Positions 37,436 to 47,728 are shown, numbered from the stretch's first letter. The stretch: DNA of 64,000 bases from an uncultured Pseudomonadota bacterium (GCA_964344035.1 CAYFLK010000011.1:339-64338); one strand, 5' to 3'. Notes: generated by a model not told the origin, from the letters alone. Numbers and translations: made by a program.

Positions 37436-39199
37436 ATGGCTGAAGGAGCCAGTCAAGACATCGTTACCGATGTCGGTAAATGGGAGTGGTCTGAGTTGTT
37501 GAAAAAGGAGGACTGGTGGGCCGTATGGCTCGGCTTTGCCCTCCTCATCGCGGGAATGATCATCTATTTCCCCAGCGCGCCGGACCAGAAAGCAAAACTC
37601 GATGCGGCGGAAGCCAAATACGGTGAGCAGGCAAAGCGCACCGACAAGTTCAAAACCATCGCCTGGTTTCAGCTAAGCGATGCAAAGAAGAAAGTGAAGG
37701 CAAAGAGCAGTCCGGCGGGTAAATGGCTCTCGACCTTCAGCAAGAAGACGCGCAAATGGTCCGCCAACCCGGTAGACGCTTTCTACTTGTCGCAGGAAAA
37801 GGCGGATGCCAAAAACGCGGCGGCAATGCCTAAGTATGAAAAAGCAAAGGCCGCTGAGAAAGCCGCCTTTGCCAATGCCGAGGCAGCAGAGCAGTTGGCT
37901 GAGGAGAAAGGATTCGCTGATGCGAAGCTTAACGCCGAGGCCAAAAAAGCCGTCGAAGACTGGAGGGACGCCAAGCTGATCTCCGGTAAAGCGAAGAAAA
38001 AAACCACTGCCAAAGCCTACAACCAGATCGGCTGGCTGATTTTTCTGGGGATAGCATTTGCCGTTTTCTTCGGTATCGGCGTCAGCTTCATGGGGCGCTC
38101 ATTCGGTGAGTTTGGCAAAGCCTTTGTTTTTGTTTTCCTGGTGGCCGTGGTCGCACAGCTATGCAGTTCCCAGGCGACGATGAAGTATTACGGCATCGGG
38201 TACGCCTTCTGGGCAATTTTTCTCGGCATGCTGATCAGCAACACGGTGGGTACGCCGAAGTGGGCGATGCCGGCGGTGCAGACCGAGTATTACATCAAAA
38301 CCGGGCTGGTCCTGCTGGGCGCGAAAATCCTGTTTGAGAAGATAATCACCATCGGCACGGCAGGTATATTCGTAGCCTGGGTGGTCACCCCGACTGTCTG
38401 GCTGGTCACCTACTGGTTCGGTCAGAAGATTGTCGCCATGCCTTCTAAGCGCTTGAACGCGACGATCTGTTCCGACATGTCTGTCTGCGGGGTTTCCGCT
38501 GCCATCGCCACCGCGTCGGCGTGTAAGGCGAAAAAAGAGGAACTGACTCTGGCGGTCGGACTCTCGCTGATTTTCACCTCGCTGATGATGATCATCATGC
38601 CCGCGGTGATCAAAGCGACTTTCCCGGTCGACAAGCAACTGATCCTGGGCGGCGCCTGGATGGGCGGGACCATCGACGCCACCGGCGCCGTGGCAGCAGC
38701 CGGGGCCTTTCTTGGCGAAAAGGCACTTTACGTGGCCGCCACGATCAAGATGATCCAGAACGTACTGATCGGCGTGATCGCCTTCTTCGTTGCTCTCTAT
38801 TTCACCACCAAGGTGGAAGTGGAAGAAACCGGAACGAAAGTCGGTCCGATGGAAATCTGGTACCGTTTCCCGAAATTCGTTCTTGGGTTCATCGTTGCCT
38901 CGATCGTCTTTTCCCTTTTCTTTTCCGGGTTTAACGACCAGGTCAAGGGTCTTGGGTCAACCATGGTCGATCAGGGTATTATCAAGGGAATGGGCGACCT
39001 TTTCCGGGGTTGGTTCTTTACCCTCTCGTTCGTCAGCATCGGGCTGGCAACCAACTTCAGGGAGTTGGGGCATCATTTCAAGGGCGGCAAACCGTTGACC
39101 CTGTATGTCTGCGGACAGTCTCTCAACCTCGTGTTGACGCTGCTGGTCGCCTATATCATGTTCTACATGGTATTCCCGGAACTGACTGCAACAATCTAA
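37436..39199 (+). CDS. membrane transporter (possibly YeiH/PSE putative sulfate-exporter family) with ~190-aa K/A/E-rich N-terminal extension
   Basis: 587 aa. Residues ~1-190 hold one transmembrane segment plus a lysine/alanine-rich coiled-coil-like region. Residues ~190-587 hold ~10 transmembrane helices with G-rich motifs ([39 protein letters not shown]). The family call is tentative. Confidence 0.45.
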   Translation: MAEGASQDIVTDVGKWEWSELLKKEDWWAVWLGFALLIAGMIIYFPSAPDQKAKLDAAEAKYGEQAKRTDKFKTIAWFQLSDAKKKVKAKSSPAGKWLSTFSKKTRKWSANPVDAFYLSQEKADAKNAAAMPKYEKAKAAEKAAFANAEAAEQLAEEKGFADAKLNAEAKKAVEDWRDAKLISGKAKKKTTAKAYNQIGWLIFLGIAFAVFFGIGVSFMGRSFGEFGKAFVFVFLVAVVAQLCSSQATMKYYGIGYAFWAIFLGMLISNTVGTPKWAMPAVQTEYYIKTGLVLLGAKILFEKIITIGTAGIFVAWVVTPTVWLVTYWFGQKIVAMPSKRLNATICSDMSVCGVSAAIATASACKAKKEELTLAVGLSLIFTSLMMIIMPAVIKATFPVDKQLILGGAWMGGTIDATGAVAAAGAFLGEKALYVAATIKMIQNVLIGVIAFFVALYFTTKVEVEETGTKVGPMEIWYRFPKFVLGFIVASIVFSLFFSGFNDQVKGLGSTMVDQGIIKGMGDLFRGWFFTLSFVSIGLATNFRELGHHFKGGKPLTLYVCGQSLNLVLTLLVAYIMFYMVFPELTATI

Positions 39200-39208
39200 G
39201 GAATTTCA

Positions 39209-39577
39209 ATGGAAACCCCTGCGGTCTCCGAACAAGGGTTCGCGGAAACCCGCGAACCCATGCGGAAACCTAAAGCGTTTGCCATCCTCGTTTCAACTTT
39301 CGCCCTGCTATGGGTCTTCGCGGTGTATGCCGGGCCCTGGCTGGCGGAACGGACCCCGGTGATGAAAGAAATCGTCCAGGTTGTCGAGGAACGGGATATC
39401 AACGCAAACGCTTATTTTTATAGCGAGATTGAAGCTTCCTACGACGGCGAAAATTATCTCAGGGAATCAATGGATCTAACCAGTCAAGAAAGGGGAAAAG
39501 GAGGATTTTTCTTTTTCTCCGGGGTTGCGATCTGCGTACTGATACTCTGGTTCGGGTTTCGCCATCTGCCGATGTGA
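39209..39577 (+). CDS. small membrane protein, two TM helices
   Basis: 122 aa. Two hydrophobic segments (AFAILVSTFALLWVFAVYAG and FFFFSGVAICVLILWFGF). Directly downstream of the transporter gene. Confidence 0.45.
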   Translation: METPAVSEQGFAETREPMRKPKAFAILVSTFALLWVFAVYAGPWLAERTPVMKEIVQVVEERDINANAYFYSEIEASYDGENYLRESMDLTSQERGKGGFFFFSGVAICVLILWFGFRHLPM

Positions 39578-39655
39578 ACACGAAATCTAATTCAACCTTT
39601 CACAAAACCCGGAAAAGCGCGCGGCGTTTCTCCGGGTTTTTCATTTCTGCACCGG

Positions 39656-40237
39656 ATGACTTCCATTGAAGAAAAACAGGAGCAGATCCTGGCCCACGAA
39701 CAGGGATTTGCCCGCCGGCTGGCGTCTGAGCTGATAGTAAAACCGGAATTGAGCCTGTGGATGATACTGATTCCCATCTTCTTCGTGTTTTTTTTCTTCA
39801 GGCTTAACAAGGTGAAAACGGGACGGGAGGAGTTTGTCCGGAATTTCATGATCACACGCCGCAACACTCTCGAGGAAACATATGACGCCATCCGCGAAGA
39901 GCGTAAACCGAATTTGGGCAAACTATGTGAAATCACCGATGCGCCCGCGGAAACTCACCCGGTATACCGGGACTGGGTCAAAGTCCTTTCCGCACACTAT
40001 CTTCGGCTTATCCAGTCCGGGGGTTCCGACTTTGAGGAAATGGTGAAAGCAGCTTACAAGTCTCGCAAAAGTTACTTGCTGTTCCTCAACCGCTTGAACC
40101 AGGCGGAAAAAACCTTCAACCGCGTGCTCAGCCAGCACATCAAGGACGCGGATGAAGGAGTCGGCGAGGTGATCAGGGAAATGGAAAAACACAGTGAAAA
40201 GCTGCGCAGGGACGATGCCGAACGCCTTTTCCATTGA
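39656..40237 (+). CDS. hypothetical membrane-anchored protein
   Basis: 193 aa. One transmembrane segment (LWMILIPIFFVFFFF), then a charged helical domain. No recognisable domain. Confidence 0.45.
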   Translation: MTSIEEKQEQILAHEQGFARRLASELIVKPELSLWMILIPIFFVFFFFRLNKVKTGREEFVRNFMITRRNTLEETYDAIREERKPNLGKLCEITDAPAETHPVYRDWVKVLSAHYLRLIQSGGSDFEEMVKAAYKSRKSYLLFLNRLNQAEKTFNRVLSQHIKDADEGVGEVIREMEKHSEKLRRDDAERLFH

Positions 40238-40713
40238 ATCCGGCAGCTGGAAAAATTGAATCCTCGCTCTGTTGCAAAAAAGGCATTGAAATATTTGAAT
40301 ATCATTTTATGATGGTTTAATTAAGTAGATTTACGGATACATTTCCTGCCGGGAATCTGTAGGATTAGATCTGAATGAGAAGAACAAGTCCATGCTTCCC
40401 GGTTATAAAGAGGGATTTCAGGGACAATGAACTTCAGCTGTCGCTTGTGGTTGTCGTCTCCTGCCGCATCACTACGGAAAATCGTCGGCAATCTTCGATT
40501 CCTTCAAACATATCGCCCGGTGAAACGGAACCCCGTATTCCGACGCCTGAGTTCATTCGCTCGGTCGATGTTCCGTGAGTAATATAATTATATATGTATA
40601 TTCACATAAGAAAATATTTGTGATATCGTAAGGACTCTGCTATAAAAAGCACCCAAATCAGATTCAGGGATTAGAAACAAGCAGGTGGACGGACCCAGCA
40701 TGCGAGAGAAGAG

Positions 40714-42096
40714 ATGAAGATTACGCTCCCGAGGCTGATGATTTCCGCAACCCACAAAAGCGCGGGCAAAACTACGCTCAGTCTGGGTTTGCTTAGTCAG
40801 TTCAGGGAAGCGGGTATGAAGCTCGGGGCATTCAAAAAAGGTCCGGACTACATTGACCCGATGTGGCTGCGTCGGGCCTGCGGGCGGGAGTGTTACAACC
40901 TGGACCCGTTTCTTATGCAAGAGGAAGGCTGCATCGATTCCTTTGTGCGCAACACTTCAGGTTGCGATGCAGCGCTGATCGAAGGCAATCACGGTCTTCA
41001 TGACGGCATGGCCCTGGACGGTTCGAACAGCAGCGCCGGTCTGGCCTCCGGCCTGAATCTTCCTGTCCTGCTGGTAGTCGACAGCCGTGGAATGAACCGC
41101 GGCGCAGCGGCGGTTGTCATCGGAATGCAGCAGATGCAGCCCCGGGTCCGGATTGCAGGGGTGGTGCTCAACCGTACAAAGAGCAAACGGCAGGAAGACA
41201 AGCAGCGACTTGCCATTGAACACCACTGCGGCATTCCCGTGCTGGGAGCAATCAGGGATGAACAGGCGGTTGCCATCAAAGAACGTCATCTGGGTTTGAC
41301 CACTGTGGAAGAAACAGGTGAAGCGGACCGGATAATTCAAGATGCATCCGAACTTGTTGCTCAGACCTGTGACATCGACGCGATACGTTCCCTGTTCAAT
41401 GAAGCGCCTCCATTGGAAAACTTAAGCATTGTTGCCGGCAGAAATCCAGTTGAGGAAAAGGTCCGGATTGGGGTGTTTCGTGACGCGGCCTTCTGTTTTT
41501 ACTATCCGGATAACCTGCAGGCCCTGCGTGACCAGGGCGCGAGCCTGGTTTTCATCGATTCGCTGCACGACCGGTCCCTGCCGGAACTGGACGGGCTGTA
41601 TATCGGGGGAGGGTTCCCGGAATCATTTTTTTCACAACTTGGCGACAATAAAGGCCTGATCAGCGACCTGCGGGAACTGGTCCGTGGTGGAATACCCCTG
41701 TATGCTGAATGCGGTGGACTGATCTACCTCTGCGAATCCGCCCATTATCAAGGACAAAAGCACAAACTGGCTGGAGTGCTTCCGTACGAAATCGGGTTCA
41801 ATAAACGGCCGCTCGGCTACGGATATATAGATCTCGAAAGCAAGCGCGAGAGCCGCTGGTTCGGCAAACAGGCAAGGTTCAAAGCCCATGAGTTCCATTA
41901 CTCGAAACCGATCGGGCAGGGATCTCGCGGCACATACCAATTCAACGTAATCAGGGGGTATGGCATCAACGGCAAGAAGGATGGAATCCTGAAGCGGAGT
42001 GTGTTTGCTTCCTATGCTCATTTGCATGCCCTAGCCACTCCGGTTTGGGCGAAAAGTTTTGTCGGTCTCGCGCAGGAATACAGCGCCCATGCATGA
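40714..42096 (+). CDS. dsrN: cobyrinic acid a,c-diamide synthase homologue DsrN (siroheme amidase)
   Basis: 460 aa. CbiA/CobB N-terminal ATPase (ISATHKSAGKTTLSLGLL) plus a C-terminal glutamine amidotransferase domain (GGFPE, C at LYAECGGLIYL). It heads the dsr cluster. Confidence 0.8.
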   Translation: MKITLPRLMISATHKSAGKTTLSLGLLSQFREAGMKLGAFKKGPDYIDPMWLRRACGRECYNLDPFLMQEEGCIDSFVRNTSGCDAALIEGNHGLHDGMALDGSNSSAGLASGLNLPVLLVVDSRGMNRGAAAVVIGMQQMQPRVRIAGVVLNRTKSKRQEDKQRLAIEHHCGIPVLGAIRDEQAVAIKERHLGLTTVEETGEADRIIQDASELVAQTCDIDAIRSLFNEAPPLENLSIVAGRNPVEEKVRIGVFRDAAFCFYYPDNLQALRDQGASLVFIDSLHDRSLPELDGLYIGGGFPESFFSQLGDNKGLISDLRELVRGGIPLYAECGGLIYLCESAHYQGQKHKLAGVLPYEIGFNKRPLGYGYIDLESKRESRWFGKQARFKAHEFHYSKPIGQGSRGTYQFNVIRGYGINGKKDGILKRSVFASYAHLHALATPVWAKSFVGLAQEYSAHA

Positions 42097-42160
42097 AGAT
42101 GCCCGCTTAACGGCATCATGGGGCAATGCCTGTGTAAGACTGCTTCCGACTTTTGCAGTG

Positions 42161-42231
42161 GAATGGTTTTGGAAATAGTCAGCGATAGTTTCGTTGTCGT
42201 CGGGAGGTGCTCGACCCTTTCCAAAACCATT
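42161..42231 (+). promoter_or_regulatory. perfect 14-bp inverted repeat AATGGTTTTGGAAA ... TTTCCAAAACCATT in the dsrN-dsrC intergenic leader
   Basis: Read directly. A ~43-nt loop separates the arms. It lies 75 nt upstream of the dsrC start. It is either an operator or an mRNA stem. Confidence 0.45.
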
Positions 42232-42305
42232 TGCACGGCAAGAGGCCCAATAAATTTCCAGGCACAATGCCGGGGATGTTTTTTAACACAACCAAGGAGT
42301 AAGCC

Positions 42306-42641
42306 ATGACACTTGAACTGGATGGAAAAACCTATGACACCGATGAAAACGGTTACCTGCTCAATCTATCGGATTGGACCAGTGACCTCGCCGGACAACT
42401 GGCGAAGCTGGAGCATATTGATATGACGGAAAAGCACTGGGAAATCGTCAATTTCCTGAGGAATTACTACGAGGAGTACCAGATTGCTCCGGCGGTGAAG
42501 GTGCTGACCAAGGAAATAGCGAAACTGAACGACATCAAACGGAAAGAGGCTTCAACATTCCTCTATGATCTTTTTCCCAAGGGACCAGCGCTGCAGGCCT
42601 GCAAAATTGCCGGCTTGCCCAAACCAACTGGCTGTGTCTGA
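42306..42641 (+). CDS. dsrC: dissimilatory sulfite reductase gamma subunit / sulfur-carrier DsrC
   Basis: 111 aa. The C-terminus CKIAGLPKPTGCV has the two DsrC cysteines 10 residues apart, with the second cysteine penultimate. TusE/DsrC fold. Confidence 0.9.
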   Translation: MTLELDGKTYDTDENGYLLNLSDWTSDLAGQLAKLEHIDMTEKHWEIVNFLRNYYEEYQIAPAVKVLTKEIAKLNDIKRKEASTFLYDLFPKGPALQACKIAGLPKPTGCV

Positions 42642-42803
42642 ATTTCCGCAACAAGGTGGACTGCCGGACGGAGTTTTTTCTCAAAATCCGATCCGCCGTG
42701 ATTTATTCAGGCCAAAAGCTGAAGGCGGCGTCATCCGGATGAGGCGGAAGCCGACTCCGGCGTTTACTCTCAAAACCCTTATTCAAAAACGGAAGAGGTA
42801 ATT

Positions 42804-44045
42804 ATGGAAGTGGCAGAACAAAGCGGAACCGAAGCTGAAGCGAAAACGCAGGAACAGGACGATAAGTTCCTTAACCCAACACCTATGCTGGATGAACTGG
42901 AGGAAGGCCCATGGCCAAGCTTCATCACAGGGCTCAAGGAACTTGCCGAACGTACAAAGAAACCGATGCTTCGCGGGGTGATGGACCAGCTCGAATATTC
43001 TTACCAGACCAGAATGGGATACTGGAAAGGCGGACTGGTTACCGTGGAGGGTTATGGGGGAGGGATAATCGCCCGTTATTCCATGGTCAAAGACAAGATC
43101 CCGGAAGCCTCTGAGTTTCACACTTTTCGTGTGCAGGCGTCTCCGGGGCTGGTCTACAACACCAAGGCGCTGCGCAAACTCTGCGACATCTGGGAGGAAC
43201 ATGGATCCGGACTGATTGCATTGCACGGACAAACCGGGGACGTGATGCTTCAGGGCATCAAGGACACCGAGACCCAGGCGTGTTTTGACGAAATCAACCA
43301 GGCAGGCTGGGACATGGGCGGCGCGGGCGCTGGAATGCGTACCGGCGTTTCCTGCATCGGCCAGGCCCGCTGTGAACAGGCCTGTTACGACACTCTCAAA
43401 ATGCATGAGCGTGTGATGAAGGAATATGTAAGCGATGTCCACCGCCCGGAATTCAACTACAAGTTCAAGTTCAAGTTCTCCGGATGTCCAAACGATTGCA
43501 CGAACGCGATTTTTCGGTCAGATTGCGCGGTGATCGGAATGTGGCGCGATTCCATCCAGATTGACAAACAAGCCGCAAAAGCCTGGATTGAACAGAAAGG
43601 AATGGACAATCTGGTCAACAACGTTATCAGCCGTTGTCCCACCAAAGCGATAACTCTTAAGGACGGTGAACTCGAGATAGACAACAAAAATTGTGTACGC
43701 TGCATGCACTGCCTGAATGTCATGCCCAAAGCCCTATCTCCCGGGAAAGAACGGGGAATTGCGGTGCTCCTTGGGGGGAAAAACATCCTCAAGGTAGGCG
43801 CCATGGGCGGAACAATGGTAGTGCCCTTCATGAAGATGGAAACCGACGAAGACATCGAGGAATTCATCGAGCTGATGGACAACGTGATGGAGTGGTGGGA
43901 TGACAACGGTCTTGACCACGAACGGCTCGGAGAAACGCTTGAACGGGTCGGCCTGAAACATTTTCTTGATGCAATGGACTTGGAGCCGACTGCCGACATG
44001 GTCGCCCATCCGCGGACAAACCCCTATTTCAAAGCCGCCTACTAA
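42804..44045 (+). CDS. dsrA: dissimilatory sulfite reductase alpha subunit
   Basis: 413 aa. Sirohaem-[4Fe-4S] Cys clusters (CIGQARCEQAC) and a ferredoxin insert (CPNDCTNAI, CVRCMHC). Followed by dsrB. Confidence 0.9.
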   Translation: MEVAEQSGTEAEAKTQEQDDKFLNPTPMLDELEEGPWPSFITGLKELAERTKKPMLRGVMDQLEYSYQTRMGYWKGGLVTVEGYGGGIIARYSMVKDKIPEASEFHTFRVQASPGLVYNTKALRKLCDIWEEHGSGLIALHGQTGDVMLQGIKDTETQACFDEINQAGWDMGGAGAGMRTGVSCIGQARCEQACYDTLKMHERVMKEYVSDVHRPEFNYKFKFKFSGCPNDCTNAIFRSDCAVIGMWRDSIQIDKQAAKAWIEQKGMDNLVNNVISRCPTKAITLKDGELEIDNKNCVRCMHCLNVMPKALSPGKERGIAVLLGGKNILKVGAMGGTMVVPFMKMETDEDIEEFIELMDNVMEWWDDNGLDHERLGETLERVGLKHFLDAMDLEPTADMVAHPRTNPYFKAAY

Positions 44046-44076
44046 TTAACCATCGACCCAAATTCAGGAGAGTACC

Positions 44077-45153
44077 ATGGCCATTGAACGAGCATGGAAA
44101 ACGGTTGAATCCGGACCGTATGACTACCAGGAAGGCCTTCATCCGGTTATCGTAAAGAACTACGGGAAATGGGCCTATCATGAGGAACCGAAACCCGGGG
44201 TCTTGAAACATGTTGCTGAAAACGGAGACGTTCTCTGGACGGTCCGTGCCGGCACGCCCCGTCAGGATTCCGTGGATTTCGTGCGCAGGCTCTGCGATGT
44301 CGCGGACAAGTACGCAGACGGCTTTCTGCGTTTCACCGTGCGCAGCAACGTAGAATACATGACCCCCGATGAAGACAAAGTGCAGCTGCTGATTGATGAG
44401 CTGGAAGGAATGGGACTGCCGGTGGGAGGGACCGGTCCTTCGGTCTCCCAGGTCGCCCACACCCAGGGATGGCTGCATTGCGACATACCCGCTTCGGACG
44501 CATCCGGAGTGGTGAAATCAATGATGGACGCGCTCATAGACGATTTCAAATCCATGCGCATGCCTAACCGGGTGAAACTGGTCACCCAGTGCTGTGAACT
44601 TAACTGCGGTGGGCAGGGCGACATATCGATCATTGTCAAACACACCCGCCCGCCGCGCATCAACCACGAAATCCTCGGAGAAGTCTGTGAACTTCCCAAG
44701 GCCGTCGCCCGCTGTCCGGTGGCCGCGATTCGCCCGACGGTTGTCAACGGCAAGCGTTCGCTGATGGTTGACGAAGAGAAATGCATGTACTGCGGCGCCT
44801 GCTTCGGGGCCTGCCCGGCAATGGAAATCAATCATCCGGAACATTCTAAATTTGCCGTCTGGGTTGGCGGAAAGAACTCGAACGCGCGCAGCAGACCTTC
44901 CCTCGGATACCTGGTGGCCCACAACCTGCCCAACAATCCTCCGCGCTGGCCCGAGATCAACGATGTGGTCAAACGCATCCTTGAAGCCTACAGAAACGGC
45001 GGCCGCCACTGGGAACGCCTGGGTGAGTGGATCGACCGCATCGGCTGGAAGAACTTTTTTGCGGAAACCGGTCTGACCTTCGACGAGGACATGATCGACA
45101 ATTACCGTCACGCGCGGACGACCTTCAACCAGTCCGCACATGTTCGATTCTAA
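44077..45153 (+). CDS. dsrB: dissimilatory sulfite reductase beta subunit
   Basis: 358 aa. Motifs CCELNCGGQGD and CPVAAI, CMYCGACFGACP are the DsrB cluster and ferredoxin motifs. Confidence 0.9.
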   Translation: MAIERAWKTVESGPYDYQEGLHPVIVKNYGKWAYHEEPKPGVLKHVAENGDVLWTVRAGTPRQDSVDFVRRLCDVADKYADGFLRFTVRSNVEYMTPDEDKVQLLIDELEGMGLPVGGTGPSVSQVAHTQGWLHCDIPASDASGVVKSMMDALIDDFKSMRMPNRVKLVTQCCELNCGGQGDISIIVKHTRPPRINHEILGEVCELPKAVARCPVAAIRPTVVNGKRSLMVDEEKCMYCGACFGACPAMEINHPEHSKFAVWVGGKNSNARSRPSLGYLVAHNLPNNPPRWPEINDVVKRILEAYRNGGRHWERLGEWIDRIGWKNFFAETGLTFDEDMIDNYRHARTTFNQSAHVRF

Positions 45154-45168
45154 CGGAAGGAGCAGGTC

Positions 45169-46965
45169 ATGACCACCAAAACCATTGAATCCAATCCGAT
45201 CCTCGATTTCGCGGAGGCTTACGAGTTCCCTGAGTTTAATGAAGAAAAAGGAACAAAAAAAGTTGTCGCTTTCGGAGATCAGAGCCACAAATGCCCGGTT
45301 TACCTCCGGCAGGAGCCGCCTTGCAACGAAGGATGTCCGGCGGGGAACGACATCCGCGCCTGGCTGACGATCGTCCAGCAGACGGAATTGAAGAAGCGCG
45401 GCTGGGAGGAATCCTATGAACTGCTGTGGCGGGAAGTTAGCAAAACCACCCCCCTGCCCGCGGTCTGCGGACGTGTCTGTCCACATCCCTGTGAACCGGT
45501 ATGCAACCGTAATGAAAAAGAAGGAGCGGTGAACATCAATGCCTACGAACGCTGGATCGGGGATTATGCCATCCAGCACGGGCTTGATCATGAGAAGCTT
45601 ACCAATGAGGTGAAACCCCAGAAAATAGCGGTCGTCGGGTCCGGACCGGCCGGGTTGAGCTGCGCGTTTCAAATGGCGCGGCGTGGGTACCCGGTGACCA
45701 TCTTCGAATCATTCGATAAACCCGGAGGCATGCTGCGTTACGGCATTCCCCCCTACCGCCTGCCGCGCGACATCATCGATGCGGAGGTGGCTGCGATTGA
45801 AAGAATGGGGGTGGATATCCGTTGCAACACTGTCATTGGCGAGGACATCAGCCTCGATGATTTGAAAGCCGAATATGATGCAGTCTTCCTCGGAATCGGC
45901 GCCCACAAGGGTATTTCACTGGGTTTCGACGGAGAAGACGCATCGAATGTGATGAGCGGAGTCGAGTTTCTTAATCGGGTCAATGCCGGCGAGATGATGG
46001 AAGTGGGAAATAATGTGGTGATCATCGGAGGGGGCGATACGGCGATTGACGCCGCCCGCGTTTCCCTCCGGCTCAGTGCATTGGACGGTGGGCAGGCAGT
46101 TTTCGACGCCGCCCGGGTCTCACGGCGGCTGGGTGCGAAAGTGACCATTCTATACCGGCGCACCCGCGAAGAGATGCCGGCCATCGACAGGGAGGTAGAC
46201 GAGGCCCTCGAAGAAAACATTGATATCCAGTACCTCTCCGCGCCGGTAGCTATCCGCACTGAAAACGGCAAGGCGGTGGCGGTTAAATGCCTGCGCATGG
46301 AACTGGGGGAGCCTGATGAAAGCTGCCGCCGCCGCCCGGTCCCGATTGAAGGATCGGAATTCGAGGTTGAATGCAGCACCCTCATCCCGGCTGTCAGCCA
46401 AGAACCTGACTGGCGGGACGCCGATAGATACGTCAGCGGCAAAAACTGGCTGAATCCCGGAGCTGACGGGACGGTTGAAGAGGGGGTCTATGCGGGTGGG
46501 GATGCCATCGAGCTGGGATTGGCGTGTATTGCCATCGGCAATGGCCGCAAGGCCGCTGAACAGATGCATGCCAAGTTTTCCGGAGAACAACCGCCCCGGA
46601 CGCAATGGGTGAAAACAGTCCCTCATGAGAAGCTGCGCCTGGAACATTATGCGTCGTGTGAACGCAACAAACGCGGATACCTTTCTCCCGAAGAAAGGTT
46701 GGCGGGTGGACTTGATCTCGAAATCGACAAGGGTATCAGCGAAGAACAGTTCAGGGAAGAAGCCGGACGCTGCATGAGCTGCGGCCTGTGTTTCGAGTGC
46801 TATGAGTGCATGATGTTCTGTCCGCAGACTGCGATTACCAGGTTTACGGAGAATCCTGTCGGCGAAGTGATGTACACCTATTACAACAAATGTGTTGGAT
46901 GTCATCTCTGCGCGGTAGTATGTCCCTGTAATTATATCCAGATGGGTATGTCCGATGAACTCTGA
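45169..46965 (+). CDS. dsrL: DsrL, NAD(P)H:acceptor oxidoreductase (glutamate-synthase small-subunit-like, with C-terminal ferredoxin domain)
   Basis: 598 aa. N-terminal Fe-S Cys motif (CPVYL..CNEGCPAGN). FAD motif KIAVVGSGPAGLSCA. NAD(P) motif VVIIGGGDTAIDAARV. C-terminal CMSCGLCFECYEC..CPQ / CVGCHLCAVVCPC. Confidence 0.8.
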   Translation: MTTKTIESNPILDFAEAYEFPEFNEEKGTKKVVAFGDQSHKCPVYLRQEPPCNEGCPAGNDIRAWLTIVQQTELKKRGWEESYELLWREVSKTTPLPAVCGRVCPHPCEPVCNRNEKEGAVNINAYERWIGDYAIQHGLDHEKLTNEVKPQKIAVVGSGPAGLSCAFQMARRGYPVTIFESFDKPGGMLRYGIPPYRLPRDIIDAEVAAIERMGVDIRCNTVIGEDISLDDLKAEYDAVFLGIGAHKGISLGFDGEDASNVMSGVEFLNRVNAGEMMEVGNNVVIIGGGDTAIDAARVSLRLSALDGGQAVFDAARVSRRLGAKVTILYRRTREEMPAIDREVDEALEENIDIQYLSAPVAIRTENGKAVAVKCLRMELGEPDESCRRRPVPIEGSEFEVECSTLIPAVSQEPDWRDADRYVSGKNWLNPGADGTVEEGVYAGGDAIELGLACIAIGNGRKAAEQMHAKFSGEQPPRTQWVKTVPHEKLRLEHYASCERNKRGYLSPEERLAGGLDLEIDKGISEEQFREEAGRCMSCGLCFECYECMMFCPQTAITRFTENPVGEVMYTYYNKCVGCHLCAVVCPCNYIQMGMSDEL

Positions 46966-46985
46966 TCCCCTTTCAGGAGACTCAC

Positions 46986-47351
46986 ATGTATGAAAAACTG
47001 ATCGGCATGGTCGAAGATGCAGTTGATCTTTCCCGCCGCTGGGCCCAGTCAGGCTGGAAGACACGCTTTGGCGAGCGTGGGGTGGAAGCCTGTTCTCTCT
47101 CAGAGGCCCTGGACCTTCCACCCAATTTTGTCTATCGTGAGGAAGCCGTCGATTACTGGACCCAGGTGCAGATGATTGGCAGCGATGCGGCCGAATCCGG
47201 GAAAAAAGCGATTGAGGCCTTAAAAAACGGGGACCTTAAGCGTGCCGAGGATTCTGTTTATTTCTCAATGTACATTGAAAAACCCTATGCGCCCAACAGC
47301 AAAACCTGGAAGCCGGTGTACGAGGCAGTCAAACAGGAGATGAACGGATAG
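46986..47351 (+). CDS. hypothetical protein embedded in dsr cluster
   Basis: 121 aa and soluble, with no recognisable motif. RBS GGAGA upstream. It occupies the dsrL-tusA gap. Confidence 0.5.
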   Translation: MYEKLIGMVEDAVDLSRRWAQSGWKTRFGERGVEACSLSEALDLPPNFVYREEAVDYWTQVQMIGSDAAESGKKAIEALKNGDLKRAEDSVYFSMYIEKPYAPNSKTWKPVYEAVKQEMNG

Positions 47352-47464
47352 GTCGATAGTTAAAAAGACAAAAACCTCTTTGTTCCATAAGCAGGTGAAG
47401 TCCGTTTTATGGATCGAACCGCCTGGGTGTTCCCAACTATTTAACCAAAAAAAGGAGACTATAT

Positions 47465-47704
47465 ATGAGTGAGGAAATCAAATTTGACCAGGAACTCGAC
47501 TGCAGCGGACTTTCCTGTCCCCTGCCGGTCCTGAAAACCAAAAAAGCAATTAATACCCTCAATTCCGGCGATGTGCTTAAGGTGATTTCCACCGATCCCG
47601 GATCGAACAAGGATATGCCTTCATGGAGCAAACGCACCGGCAACCCGATCCTCAAGACCGAGGATCAGTCGGGGGCCTTCATTTTTTACATCCAGCGCAA
47701 ATGA
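47465..47704 (+). CDS. tusA: TusA-family sulfurtransferase
   Basis: 79 aa. LDCSGLSCPLPVLKTKKAI has the CPxP persulfide-carrying motif. RBS AAGGAGA upstream. Confidence 0.85.
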   Translation: MSEEIKFDQELDCSGLSCPLPVLKTKKAINTLNSGDVLKVISTDPGSNKDMPSWSKRTGNPILKTEDQSGAFIFYIQRK

Positions 47705-47728
47705 GCACCTGACCTCACTGGGACAAGC

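Noticed and set aside
42804-45153. Considered whether dsrAB could be an assimilatory/anaerobic sulfite reductase (asrC-like) instead
   Set aside because: The full complement dsrC, dsrMKJOP, dsrN and the alpha/beta paralogue pair with ferredoxin inserts is diagnostic of dissimilatory DsrAB, not AsrABC or CysI.
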